Of a DNA stretch of 64,000 bases, positions 1 through 8,465 are shown one piece after another; the stretch's first letter is position 1; each line of letters starts with the position of its first letter. Source of the DNA: Candidatus Spyradocola sp. Lineage in GTDB: Bacteria; Bacillota; Clostridia; Christensenellales; UBA1750. The translations under genes were made by a program, and so were the position numbers. The notes below the pieces were generated by a model. It was not told the DNA's origin. It did no database searches and was given only the letters and a program-made list of their open reading frames with translations. The stretch covers positions 11,345 to 75,344 of the forward strand of contig JAXEXP010000034.1 of assembly GCA_034113365.1 (NCBI GenBank), in the 5' to 3' direction.

Positions 1-256
1 GCGAGATGACCAGGAACTGGAAGGTGTTCTTGATGGCGTTCCAGAACGCGGGGTCCTGGAAGGCCTTGATGTAGTTGTCCAGCCCGATGAACTGACCGGG
101 CAGGTTCACGATATCCACCTTAAAGAAGGATACGAAAAAGCCCAGTATGATCGGGTAGTACTTGAACATCGCAAAGCTGATGACGGCGGGCACGAGGAAG
201 AGCCACGGCACGACGTCCCGCTTGATGATGTCCCTGCTGATTCTTTTTCTGTTCAC
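1..256 (-). CDS. ABC sugar-transporter permease, N-terminal part (gene continues past the left edge)
   Basis: My own reverse-complement translation from GTG at 256 gives VNRKRISRDIIKRDVVPWLFLVPAVISFAMFKYYPIILGFFVSFFKVDIV...AFWNAIKNTFQFLVIS. This is a typical MalF/UgpA-type permease N-terminus and first TM helix. It lies directly downstream of the binding-protein gene. It is absent from the ORF track because it has no stop inside the window. Confidence 0.7.
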   Translation of the reverse strand, partial: MNRKRISRDIIKRDVVPWLFLVPAVISFAMFKYYPIILGFFVSFFKVDIVNLPGQFIGLDNYIKAFQDPAFWNAIKNTFQFLVIS

Positions 257-300
257 GTCTCTTCCCCCTCATTCCACAATGCTTGCCCTGTTTAGAAACC

Positions 301-330
301 GAGGGCAGGCAGGTTGCCCTGCCTGCCCTC
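301..330 (-). terminator. Intercistronic stem-loop between the binding-protein and permease genes (partial terminator or mRNA stabiliser)
   Basis: Perfect 13-bp inverted repeat, gagggcaggcagg / cctgcctgccctc, with a 4-nt loop. It lies between the SBP stop (361) and the permease start (256). There is no strong U-run on the minus strand, so it is more likely a processing or stability hairpin than a full terminator. Confidence 0.55.
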
Positions 331-360
331 TTGTGCCGGACCTGTCAAAGGCAGGCTTTT

Positions 361-1830
361 TTACGGCTTTCTGTACGCATCGGGGAAGTCGGTGTAGAGC
401 TTTTCAGCGCATTCGTCAAGCAGCGCCTGCGCCTTTTCGCGGGTGCAGTTGGGATCGCCCAGGATCTCCTGGAAGGGCGCCACGATGTAGTCCTTCAGGG
501 AGTTCCACTCTGCGCAGTAGGGCTCGGGGCGGGCCACCGCGTTCAGCGCCGCGAACTCCTCTTTCCAGTGCTCGGGCCAGTTGGTGGCGTAGGAGTACTT
601 GACCTCGACCAGGTCCTGACGGCAGGAGGGCTTGGGGTCGATGAGGTTGAGCTCATTCTCCAGCTCCCAGTACTCGCGCAGGAAGGCCTCGTCGTAGGAG
701 ATCAGGTTCAGGATGTTCCAGCAGGCGTCCATCTGAGCCTTGGTGGCCTGGGGGTGCATGGTCCAGGTCTCGCCGCCGGCGAAGCCGACCGCGTCAGCCG
801 CCGTCGCGCCGGGGATCGGGATGACGCCGAAGTCCTCCTGCTTGGCGTCGTAGGCAGCCAGCTTCTCAGCGTCCAGAGAGGTGGGCAGGCCCCAGCCGTA
901 GCAGGCGTAGCCGACGGTCATGTTGGCCATGTAGTCGGAGTAGTTCTCCAGCAGGTCGGTCTGGGTGCACTCGTACTTGTAGACCAGGTCGTGCATGTAC
1001 ATGATGGCGTCGACGCCCTTTTCCTGGTTGAAGCCGATGGAGTAGGTGCCGTCGTCATTGGGGATGACCATCTCGCCGCCAGCGGACCACACCCAGGGGG
1101 TCAGCGGCCAGGCGCAGTAGTCGGAGCCCAGCAGCGTGTAGCCAAAGCGCGGGACGTCCTTATCGGTCAGGCTCTGCGCCAGCGTGCCGAACTCTTCCCA
1201 GGTCTGGGGCACGTTTTCGGTGGAGCCGCCGCCCGCCTCGATGGCGGTCTTGTTGTAGAGCATGCCCATGATGTAGGGGCCGTAGGGCACTGCGTACCAG
1301 TGGCCTTCGTCGTCATGCAGCGCGTCCTCGATGGAGGGGTTGACCTTGCCTTCGTTGCGCAGGTCCCAGTTGACCACGTACTCGGTGATGTCGGCGATGG
1401 TGCCGTTGCGCATACGGGTCTGGATGTCAACGAAGGGCAGCGAGTTCCACAGCGTGGGGCCGTCGCCGGACATCAGGAGCTTGTCGTACTGCTGACGGTA
1501 GTCCGTGCCGGGCGCCATGCGGGTCCACTCGATCTCGTAGTCGGGGAAGGTGGTCTCTACCTTTTCCTTCAGGAATTCGAAGCGGGTCTTGACCGCGTCG
1601 GAGTCGTCGTCCTGAGGCAGCATGTAGAGTTTGAGCTTGACCTTTTCACCGGAAGCAGCGGGCTCATGGGCGGGCTCATCGGCGGGCTCGTCGGCGGGAG
1701 CGTCGGCAGCGGGAGCCTTGGTGGGGTCCGCAGCAGGCGAATCCGCGGCCGGAGCCTTGGCGCAGCCGCCCAACACGGCCACCAACATGACCAGCGCGAG
1801 GATCAGAGCAACCAACTTCGTCTTTTTCAT
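361..1830 (-). CDS. Extracellular solute-binding lipoprotein of an ABC carbohydrate transporter
   Basis: The ORF-track protein has an internal ATG at 1830 preceded by AAGGAG. The N-terminus MKKTKLVALILALVMLVAVLGGC is a lipoprotein signal peptide with a lipobox. An Ala/Pro/Asp-rich linker follows, then a family-1 SBP-like body. A permease gene follows on the same strand. Confidence 0.9.
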   Translation of the reverse strand: MKKTKLVALILALVMLVAVLGGCAKAPAADSPAADPTKAPAADAPADEPADEPAHEPAASGEKVKLKLYMLPQDDDSDAVKTRFEFLKEKVETTFPDYEIEWTRMAPGTDYRQQYDKLLMSGDGPTLWNSLPFVDIQTRMRNGTIADITEYVVNWDLRNEGKVNPSIEDALHDDEGHWYAVPYGPYIMGMLYNKTAIEAGGGSTENVPQTWEEFGTLAQSLTDKDVPRFGYTLLGSDYCAWPLTPWVWSAGGEMVIPNDDGTYSIGFNQEKGVDAIMYMHDLVYKYECTQTDLLENYSDYMANMTVGYACYGWGLPTSLDAEKLAAYDAKQEDFGVIPIPGATAADAVGFAGGETWTMHPQATKAQMDACWNILNLISYDEAFLREYWELENELNLIDPKPSCRQDLVEVKYSYATNWPEHWKEEFAALNAVARPEPYCAEWNSLKDYIVAPFQEILGDPNCTREKAQALLDECAEKLYTDFPDAYRKP

Positions 1831-1950
1831 ACTTCCATCTCCTTTTCCTACCATTCGCGCACCGGTTTTCTCAAGCCCGTTCCTCCACCGTTCTTAACAA
1901 AACCGGTTCGCTTGTTAACTTTATGCTAACACGCGGACAAAGGAGATACA

Positions 1951-2181
1951 ATGTTCATTTCTGCGACTTTATCAACAATATTGACGCCATTTTTGAGGAT
2001 ATGTTTTCTTCTCCTCACAACAAAATTGATTTTCAACATAATTTTCAGCATTTGGAAAATTGCGCAGTTTTACCGATTTTTCTGCAAATATACTTTTTAT
2101 AATATAAAGCATGTGTTTCAATACACACAAATAATAGAGTTCAACCTTAGAAAATCTGTTGATTTTTACAATATCTTGTGA
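1951..2181 (+). CDS. Possible small hydrophobic protein (76 aa) encoded inside an AT-rich intergenic region
   Basis: A 76-codon stop-free frame lies in very AT-rich DNA, where stop codons should be frequent. The ATG is preceded by AAAGGAG with a spacing of 5-6 nt. The N-terminal ~45 aa are hydrophobic (MFISATLSTILTPFLRICFLLLTTKLIFNIIFSIW). I recognise no family. It could instead be regulatory DNA. Confidence 0.3.
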   Translation: MFISATLSTILTPFLRICFLLLTTKLIFNIIFSIWKIAQFYRFFCKYTFYNIKHVFQYTQIIEFNLRKSVDFYNIL

Positions 2182-2343
2182 TATACTGCAAATGAAGGAA
2201 TCAAATCAAAAAGCAAACGTTATGACACCCGTTCTCGCATTTTTGATTTCTTCATTATCAAAATCGTGATTATTGGCATACTTCGCATCCGCCGCGCATA
2301 TATCGTATTGTATACATATAATTTTTACAAAGGAGGAGTTCTT

Positions 2344-3243
2344 GTGAAGCTGCACATTCAACACCGCCTGTCCGAGGCCAGTGTGACCTGGGGCGACTTT
2401 CTGCGCCTGGGCACCATTTCGCACCTGCAGCTGCAGGACGAATCCTTTGCCTATACGCTGCGCGCACAGCCGGAGTATCTGCTGCTCTACCTGCCCGAGG
2501 GCGACCTCTACCTGGTGCGCAACCGCGCCGAGTCCACCTACACTGCGGGCAGCATGGTGCTGCTTCCGCCCGAGGAGGAGTATCACCTGCACTTTCCCGG
2601 CCCGGCGCGCACCTCCGCATGGTGGATCAGCTTTTCGGGCTACAGCGTCACGCGCCTACTGACGGATTCCGGCCTGAGCAGCCGCCCCGTGTTCCAGCTG
2701 CCGCCCGAGGCCGAGCTCTCCTATCATTTTGACGGCATCCTGCGCCTGTCCATGCCCTCCTCGGCGGACCCGCGCTGTGTGGCGCTGGGCTGCATGGGGC
2801 TGTTTCTGCAGCTGCTGGCCGCCGTGATGCCCTACACCCAGCAGCAGCGCCGCGCCGAGCCCGCCTTGGCAAGACCCCGCGCGGGCACGGGCCGCACCAA
2901 GGCCACCGACCTTGCCGTGCAGCAGATCCAGAGCGACCTTGCCGCGCCGCTCAACGTCGAGCAGCTCGCCCACAGCCTGCAGCTGAGCCCCTCGCACTTC
3001 ATCCGCTGCTTCAAGGCGCAGATGGGCTATTCCCCGCTGGCCTACCAGACGCGCCTGCGCATGGAGCGCGCCAAGGACCTGCTGCGCGGCACCACGCTGC
3101 GCGTCAGCGAGATCGCCGCCAAGGTGGGCTACCAGAACCCCATGTACTTTTCCTCCACCTTCAAAAAGCACGCCGGCATGACGCCGCTGGAGTACCGCGA
3201 GCGCTTCCTCTCTCCCTCGCGCGAGAGCATGCAGCTGCTTTAA
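2344..3243 (+). CDS. AraC-family transcriptional regulator (cupin-like N-domain plus C-terminal HTH)
   Basis: GTG at 2344 follows AGGAGG with a 7-nt spacer. The C-terminal 100 aa show the AraC HTH signature (LAHSLQLSPSHFIRCFKAQMGYSPLAYQTRLRMERAKDLL...GYQNPMYFSSTFKKHAGMTPLEYR). Confidence 0.85.
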   Translation: MKLHIQHRLSEASVTWGDFLRLGTISHLQLQDESFAYTLRAQPEYLLLYLPEGDLYLVRNRAESTYTAGSMVLLPPEEEYHLHFPGPARTSAWWISFSGYSVTRLLTDSGLSSRPVFQLPPEAELSYHFDGILRLSMPSSADPRCVALGCMGLFLQLLAAVMPYTQQQRRAEPALARPRAGTGRTKATDLAVQQIQSDLAAPLNVEQLAHSLQLSPSHFIRCFKAQMGYSPLAYQTRLRMERAKDLLRGTTLRVSEIAAKVGYQNPMYFSSTFKKHAGMTPLEYRERFLSPSRESMQLL

Positions 3244-3344
3244 GCCCCGCGCCGGCAGGATAAACGCGCCGCCCCGTCGAATGATATAGCCACAAGCACA
3301 TTGCGGCTTTTTTGCTGCTGACATACAGAAAAGGAGAGATGCAC

Positions 3345-5345
3345 ATGGCCCTGTTTGTCAACGATCATGGCGTTCTCAAATGCCGTTTTCTGGGCGAAAA
3401 CCTCTGGCTGCTGCCCTGGGGCAAGGACGCGCTGCGCGTGGTGTCCCGGCCCATGAGCGAGCCCGAGCTGCCCGCCTGGGCGCTGCTCGAGCCGCAGCAC
3501 ACCGATTCCCTCATCGAGATCACCGAGCGCTGCGCCACCATCGCCGTGGGCAAGATCAGCGCCGTCGTGCGCCGCATGGACTGGCCCGACCGCCTCGAGA
3601 TCACCTACTACAACCAGCGCGGCGAGGTGCTGCTGGCCGAGCGCCCCGGCACCGGCGCGCTCAACATCCAGCCCCGCTTCTTCAAGCCCATCGTCGCGGG
3701 CGATTTCAAGCTCACCGTGGGCTTTGCCGCCGACGACGACGAAAAGCTCTACGGCATGGGCCAGTACCAGCAGGACGTGCTCAACGTCAAATACTCCACC
3801 TTTGAGCTTGCGCAGCGCAACTCGCAGGCCAGCGTGCCCTTCGTGCTGTCCAGCAAGGGCTACGGCTTCCTGTGGCACAACCCCGCCATCGGCCGCGCCT
3901 GCTTTGGCAAGAACCTGATGGAGTGGGTGGCTGACAGCACCAAGCAGATGGACTACTGGATCTGCGCGGGCGACACCCCCGCCCAGATCGAGGCCGCCTA
4001 CGCCGATGCGGTGGGCCACGCCCCCGCCATGCCCGAGTACGGCCTGGGCTTCTGGCAGTGCAAGCTGCGCTACTGGAACCAGGAGCAGCTGCTCTCCGTC
4101 GCGCGCGAGTATCACCGCCGCGGAATCCCGGTGGACGTGATCGTGGTGGACTTCTTCCACTGGCCGCACATGGGCGACTTCCGCTTTGACGAGGAGTTCT
4201 GGCCCGACCCCAAGGCCATGGTGCGCGAGCTGCACGAGATGGGCATGGAGCTGATGGTCTCCGTCTGGCCGCAGATCTCGCTGCTGTCCGAGAACTACAA
4301 GGAAATGGACGAGGAGGGCTACATCGCAAGATGCGACAAGGGCATGAACTGCCAGATGCGCTTTGTCAACGAGGACGCGATGTTCTTTGACGCCACCAAC
4401 CCCCACGCCCGCAAGTACCTGTGGAGCAAGATCAAAAAGAACTACTACGACAGCGGCATCAAGGTGTTCTGGCTGGACGAGGCCGAGCCCGAGTACGGCA
4501 CCTACGACTTTGACAACTACCGCTACTATTCCGGCACCGTCGCCCAGACGGGCAACCTCTACCCCCAGTGCTACGCCCGCACCTTCTACGACGGCCAGAA
4601 GGCCGAGGGGCAGGACAAGGTGGTCAACCTGCTGCGCTGCGCGTGGGCAGGCTCCGCCAGATACGGCGCGCTGGTCTGGTCGGGCGACATCCATTCCGAC
4701 TTTGCCACGCTGCGCCGCCAGGTGTGCGCGGGCCTCAACATGGGCATCGCGGGCATCCCGTGGTGGACGACGGACATCGGCGGCTTCAACGGCGGCGACC
4801 CCACCGACCCCGCCTTCCGCGAGCTGATCGTGCGTTGGTTCCAGTGGGGCCTGTTCTGCCCCGTGATGCGCCTGCACGGCAACCGCGTGCCCGACGAGCG
4901 CGTGTTCCGCGCGGACGGCACCGAGTGCCTGCCCTCCGGCGCGGCCAACGAGATCTGGTCCTTCGGCGACGAGGCCTACGAGATCATCAAGAACCTCATC
5001 GACTTCCGCGAGACCATGCGCCCCTACACCCGCGCCCTGATGGAGCAGGCCTCCCTGGCCGGCGCGCCCGTGATGCGCACCATGTTCTTTGAGTTCCCCG
5101 ACCAGCCCGCGTGCTGGGAGCTGCGCGACCAGTACATGTTCGGCCCCGACGTGCTCGTCGCCCCCGTGCTCGACGCCGGCGCCGCCACCCGCACCGTCTA
5201 CCTCCCCGCAGGCGCCGACTGGACGGACCTCCACACCGGCGAAACCTTCTCCGGCGGGCGCACCGTCACCTGCGACACGCCGCTTCAGACCATCCCCGTG
5301 TTCCTCAAGGACCACACCCATCCCGACTGGATCGGCAAGATCTGA
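3345..5345 (+). CDS. Glycoside hydrolase family 31 (alpha-xylosidase/alpha-glucosidase-like), no signal peptide
   Basis: GH31-type motifs are present: GIPVDVIVVDFFHW, KVFWLDEAEPE, WSGDIHSDF, RWFQWGLFCPVMRLHG. The ATG at 3345 was chosen from the MHMALF options because of the upstream AAGGAG. The start could instead be 3339. Confidence 0.88.
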   Translation: MALFVNDHGVLKCRFLGENLWLLPWGKDALRVVSRPMSEPELPAWALLEPQHTDSLIEITERCATIAVGKISAVVRRMDWPDRLEITYYNQRGEVLLAERPGTGALNIQPRFFKPIVAGDFKLTVGFAADDDEKLYGMGQYQQDVLNVKYSTFELAQRNSQASVPFVLSSKGYGFLWHNPAIGRACFGKNLMEWVADSTKQMDYWICAGDTPAQIEAAYADAVGHAPAMPEYGLGFWQCKLRYWNQEQLLSVAREYHRRGIPVDVIVVDFFHWPHMGDFRFDEEFWPDPKAMVRELHEMGMELMVSVWPQISLLSENYKEMDEEGYIARCDKGMNCQMRFVNEDAMFFDATNPHARKYLWSKIKKNYYDSGIKVFWLDEAEPEYGTYDFDNYRYYSGTVAQTGNLYPQCYARTFYDGQKAEGQDKVVNLLRCAWAGSARYGALVWSGDIHSDFATLRRQVCAGLNMGIAGIPWWTTDIGGFNGGDPTDPAFRELIVRWFQWGLFCPVMRLHGNRVPDERVFRADGTECLPSGAANEIWSFGDEAYEIIKNLIDFRETMRPYTRALMEQASLAGAPVMRTMFFEFPDQPACWELRDQYMFGPDVLVAPVLDAGAATRTVYLPAGADWTDLHTGETFSGGRTVTCDTPLQTIPVFLKDHTHPDWIGKI

Positions 5346-5358
5346 TTTAGCACAAAAA

Positions 5359-5402
5359 GCCCCCGCAGCGCGGAGCCTTCCATGCTGCGGGGGCAATTTT
5401 TC
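5359..5402. terminator. Bidirectional intrinsic terminator between convergent GH31 and oxidoreductase genes
   Basis: An 11-bp GC-rich stem, gcccccgcagc ... gctgcgggggc, is followed by aattttttcg on the plus strand and preceded by an A-run that supplies the U-run for the minus strand. Confidence 0.8.
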
Positions 5403-5419
5403 GTCTATTTCGGCGAAAA

Positions 5420-6526
5420 TCAATCCAGTATGCCGTGGATGGGGTTGTTGTACATGGGCGCGCTGCGCTCGTAGTGCGTGGTCAGCTCGATGTAGCGGTT
5501 CTGCTCGCTGGCCTTCTCAAAGCCCGTCATGATCTCCAGCGCGTGCAGCGTCTGCTTGTAGCTGGCGCGGAAGTCGCGGCCGTCGGTCAGCGCCTTGGCC
5601 ATGTCCGCCAGACCCAGCGCGCGGCTGTTTTCCTTGTAGTCGAACAGCAGCGGCATGTCCATCACCTCGCCCTGCTCGGGGCGCAGCAGCTTGATGGGTC
5701 CGCCGAAGGTGTTGGGGTCGGGGCAGATCAGCGTGCCCTTGGTGCCGTAGATCTCCAGGCGCGCCTGGCCCTGGTTGTAGACGTCAAAGGTGGTAAAGAT
5801 GGTACCCACCGCGCCGCAGTCAAAGTCCATGATGCCCGTGACATAGGTGGGCACGTCCACGGTGATGTCGGTGCCGCGCTTGGGCGCGCTGGTGATGGTG
5901 CGGTGCTCGAAGGTGCGCTTGGTGCGCCCCATCAGGCCCTTGACGCCGCCCAGCAGGTTGATCAGCGCCGTCACATAGTAGGGCCCCATGTCCAGCATCG
6001 GGCCGCCGCCGCGCTTGTAGTAGAACTCGGGGTCGGGATGCCAGCCCTCGTGCCCGCGGCAGATCATGAACGCCGCGCCGCCCACCGGGTCGCCGATGAA
6101 CCCGTCGTCGATGAGCTTGCGGCAGGTCTGGATGCCCGCGCCCAGGAAGGTGTCGGGCGCGCCGCCCAGCAGCAGGCCCTTGCTCTGCGCCAGCTCCACC
6201 AGCTCCTTGCCCAGCTCAAAGGTGGCCGCCAGCGGCTTTTCCGAGTAGACGTGCTTGCCGGCCTCCAGCGCGGGGCGGGTCACGCCGTAGTGCTCGTCGG
6301 GCCGGGTCAGGTTGAGTATGATGTCCACCTGAGGATCGTTGAAGGCCTCGTACATGTCGGCGTAGACGTGCGGCACATGCCACTTTTCCGCGGCCTTTTC
6401 CGCCTTCTCGCGCACCAGGTCGCACACGCCCACCAGCTCGATCTCGTGGAAGGTCTCGGTGATGTTCTTCAGATAGATCCCGCTGATGTCGCCCGTGCCG
6501 ATCATCGCGATCTTGACAGTCTTCAT
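5420..6526 (-). CDS. Gfo/Idh/MocA-family NAD(P)-dependent oxidoreductase
   Basis: N-terminal Rossmann motif MKTVKIAMIGTGDISGIYLKN, an EKPLA motif (YSEKPLAATF) and the typical C-terminal alpha/beta domain. The gene lies 26 nt downstream of the ThuA gene. Confidence 0.9.
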   Translation of the reverse strand: MKTVKIAMIGTGDISGIYLKNITETFHEIELVGVCDLVREKAEKAAEKWHVPHVYADMYEAFNDPQVDIILNLTRPDEHYGVTRPALEAGKHVYSEKPLAATFELGKELVELAQSKGLLLGGAPDTFLGAGIQTCRKLIDDGFIGDPVGGAAFMICRGHEGWHPDPEFYYKRGGGPMLDMGPYYVTALINLLGGVKGLMGRTKRTFEHRTITSAPKRGTDITVDVPTYVTGIMDFDCGAVGTIFTTFDVYNQGQARLEIYGTKGTLICPDPNTFGGPIKLLRPEQGEVMDMPLLFDYKENSRALGLADMAKALTDGRDFRASYKQTLHALEIMTGFEKASEQNRYIELTTHYERSAPMYNNPIHGILD

Positions 6527-6552
6527 TGGCTTTATCTCCTTTTTTGCGCGTT

Positions 6553-7281
6553 TTAGTACATCTTTGCGGTGTTCTCGAACCGCTCGGTGGTAAGCCCGTG
6601 CTTAACGGCGTACTCCTTGCCCTGCGCCGCCCACAGCATGCCGCGCTCCATCAGCGCCTCGGCGTTGGGCGACTTTTCAAACACGTCGTCGTGATGGCCC
6701 AGCGAGTTGTAGAACACGCGGCCGTTGCCCCAGAACTTGGTCCACGCCACCGGCATGTCCACCGGCTTGTTGGAGATGTGGTAGTAGGGCACGATGGGGA
6801 AGCGCGTGGTGGCCAGCACCTCAATGGAGGGGTCCACGTGCAGGTAGTAGTGCTCGGAGCAGACGTGGAAGTCCTCCAGCCCCTCCACGATGGGCGAGGA
6901 GCCGTGCCGGATGTTGACGGTGTAGTCGATGCCGTCTCCGCCGGGGTGCGACACCCACTGCCCGCCGGTGATGAACTGCCACTCCGTGTCGTTGCGGAAG
7001 GAGTCGCACATGCCGCCGTGGCAGCCCGCAAGACCCACGCCCGCGCCCACCGCCTTGGACACGTTCTGCACATACTCGTGCTTGATCTCGCCCATCGTCC
7101 AGCACGCCACGATCAGATCCAGCTTCTTGAGCGCCTCCGCGTCCGCAAGCACGTCCAAAGTGTCCGCGATCTCGCAGGTGTACCCGTGCTTTTCCATCAG
7201 CCGCGCAAAGCGCTTCGAGGTCAGCTGCGGCTCGTGTCCGTCCCAGCCGCCCTGCACGATCAATACCTTCTTTTCGGTCAT
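6553..7281 (-). CDS. ThuA-domain protein (trehalose-utilisation-like, class-I glutamine amidotransferase-like fold)
   Basis: VLIVQGGWDGHEP near the N-terminus, then GQWVSHPG and RVFYNSLGH. These are typical ThuA-family blocks. The gene is paired with a Gfo/Idh/MocA gene, as in ThuA/ThuB loci. Confidence 0.8.
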   Translation of the reverse strand: MTEKKVLIVQGGWDGHEPQLTSKRFARLMEKHGYTCEIADTLDVLADAEALKKLDLIVACWTMGEIKHEYVQNVSKAVGAGVGLAGCHGGMCDSFRNDTEWQFITGGQWVSHPGGDGIDYTVNIRHGSSPIVEGLEDFHVCSEHYYLHVDPSIEVLATTRFPIVPYYHISNKPVDMPVAWTKFWGNGRVFYNSLGHHDDVFEKSPNAEALMERGMLWAAQGKEYAVKHGLTTERFENTAKMY

Positions 7282-7411
7282 CGCAAAAAGCCTCCCATAT
7301 ATTTGATTTTGTGGTTGGATTCTGCTTGTAGGATAGCACAGTCTGTGTTAAAATTCCTGTCAGAAACGCAATGCAAAACTCCCATTTATTGCGGTTTGCC
7401 GGAGGTAGCCC

Positions 7412-8197
7412 ATGTTCGTACAGTACGAGGACCGCGCCTTCCCCTACAGCGCCAGCGTCAACGACGATCTGACGTTCCTGCTCCATCTGCACCGCCAGGC
7501 CGAGCTGATCTATGTGCTGGACGGCTGTATCGAGATGACGGTGGACGCCCACACCCAGCTGCTGCACGCGGGCGAGCTGGGCTGCGCCTTCCCCAACTGC
7601 GCCCACAGCTACCTGACGCGCACCCACAGCCGCGTGGTGATGGTGATCTTCGACGCGCCTTACGCGGGCGACTGCGCGGGCACGCTGCTCACCCAGCGCG
7701 CGGTGTTTCCCTACCTTGCCGCCTCCGACGTCGACGAGGACGTGCGCTACCTCGCGCCCAAGCTCACCCGCCCCATGGACACGCGCCTGCTCAAGGGCTA
7801 CCTGCAGGTGATCTGCGCGCGCCTGTTCGAGCGCCTGCGCCTCGAGCCGCGCCGCGCCGCCGACGACAGCGACTGGACGCACCGCGCGCTGACCTACCTA
7901 AACGAGCACTTCACCGAGGACATCTCCCTCGACGACCTCGCCCGCCACTTAAGCATCAGCAAATACCACCTCAGCCGCACCTTTCCCGAAAAGATCGGCT
8001 GCGGCCTCAACGCCTACCTGCACTCTCTGCGCGCCGACCACGCCGCCCAGCTGCTCGCCTCCACCGACCTTTCCGTCACCCAGGCGGGCTTTGACAGCGG
8101 CTTTTCCTCGGCCTCCACGTTCTTCCGCGTGTTCCAGGCCCAGTACGGCCTCAGCCCCCGCGCCTACCGCGCCGCCCGCCGCGCCCAGGGCCAGTGA
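7412..8197 (+). CDS. AraC-family transcriptional regulator (cupin N-domain plus HTH)
   Basis: C-terminal HTH blocks LARHLSISKYHLSRTFPEKIGCGLNAYLHSLRADHAAQLL and GFDSGFSSASTFFRVFQAQYGLSPRAYR. The gene is divergent from the ThuA operon. Confidence 0.85.
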   Translation: MFVQYEDRAFPYSASVNDDLTFLLHLHRQAELIYVLDGCIEMTVDAHTQLLHAGELGCAFPNCAHSYLTRTHSRVVMVIFDAPYAGDCAGTLLTQRAVFPYLAASDVDEDVRYLAPKLTRPMDTRLLKGYLQVICARLFERLRLEPRRAADDSDWTHRALTYLNEHFTEDISLDDLARHLSISKYHLSRTFPEKIGCGLNAYLHSLRADHAAQLLASTDLSVTQAGFDSGFSSASTFFRVFQAQYGLSPRAYRAARRAQGQ

Positions 8198-8414
8198 TTT
8201 TTGTGCCTCCAAATCACCGGCTTAACACTGCCTCTCGCACCACTTCCACCGGCATCACGAAAGTGACCATGTACCGATGCTTCCCTTCTCCAGCGCTTTC
8301 CTATTGTTGCATCTTCCTGGATTCTTGCTTTGTCAAAACTTACAAAGAAAACGAGGTTTCTACTCATAGCGATCAGCTTTCCGGAACCCCGCTCAAAGCG
8401 AGGTTTTCTTTTGA

Positions 8415-8459
8415 CAAAAAGAGCCGCAGCCCCCGCGTCCAAACGGACGCGGGGGCTGC
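8415..8459 (-). terminator. Intrinsic terminator downstream of the GH2 gene
   Basis: A 15-bp stem, gcagcccccgcgtcc aaac ggacgcgggggctgc, is followed on the minus strand by CTCTTTTTGTC. Confidence 0.8.
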
Positions 8460-8465
8460 CCGCAT

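Noticed and set aside
283-1929. 548-aa plus-strand ORF opposite the solute-binding protein gene.
   Set aside because: It is the mirror frame of a well-supported minus-strand gene. The product is Gly/Val/Ala/Leu/Arg-rich and low in complexity, with no RBS. This is a typical stop-poor antisense frame in high-GC DNA.
3240-5423. 727-aa minus-strand ORF opposite GH31. Analogous long antisense ORFs occur at 5435..6556, 6526..8094, 9591..11060, 18517..20331, 23936..26077, 26153..28267, 39826..42135, 41693..43441, 44778..46988, 50496..53561, 53739..55523 and 58219..59985.
   Set aside because: Each overlaps a gene with clear family motifs on the other strand. All have Ala/Gly/Arg/His/Val-dominated composition and no recognisable domains. 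They are high-GC artefacts.
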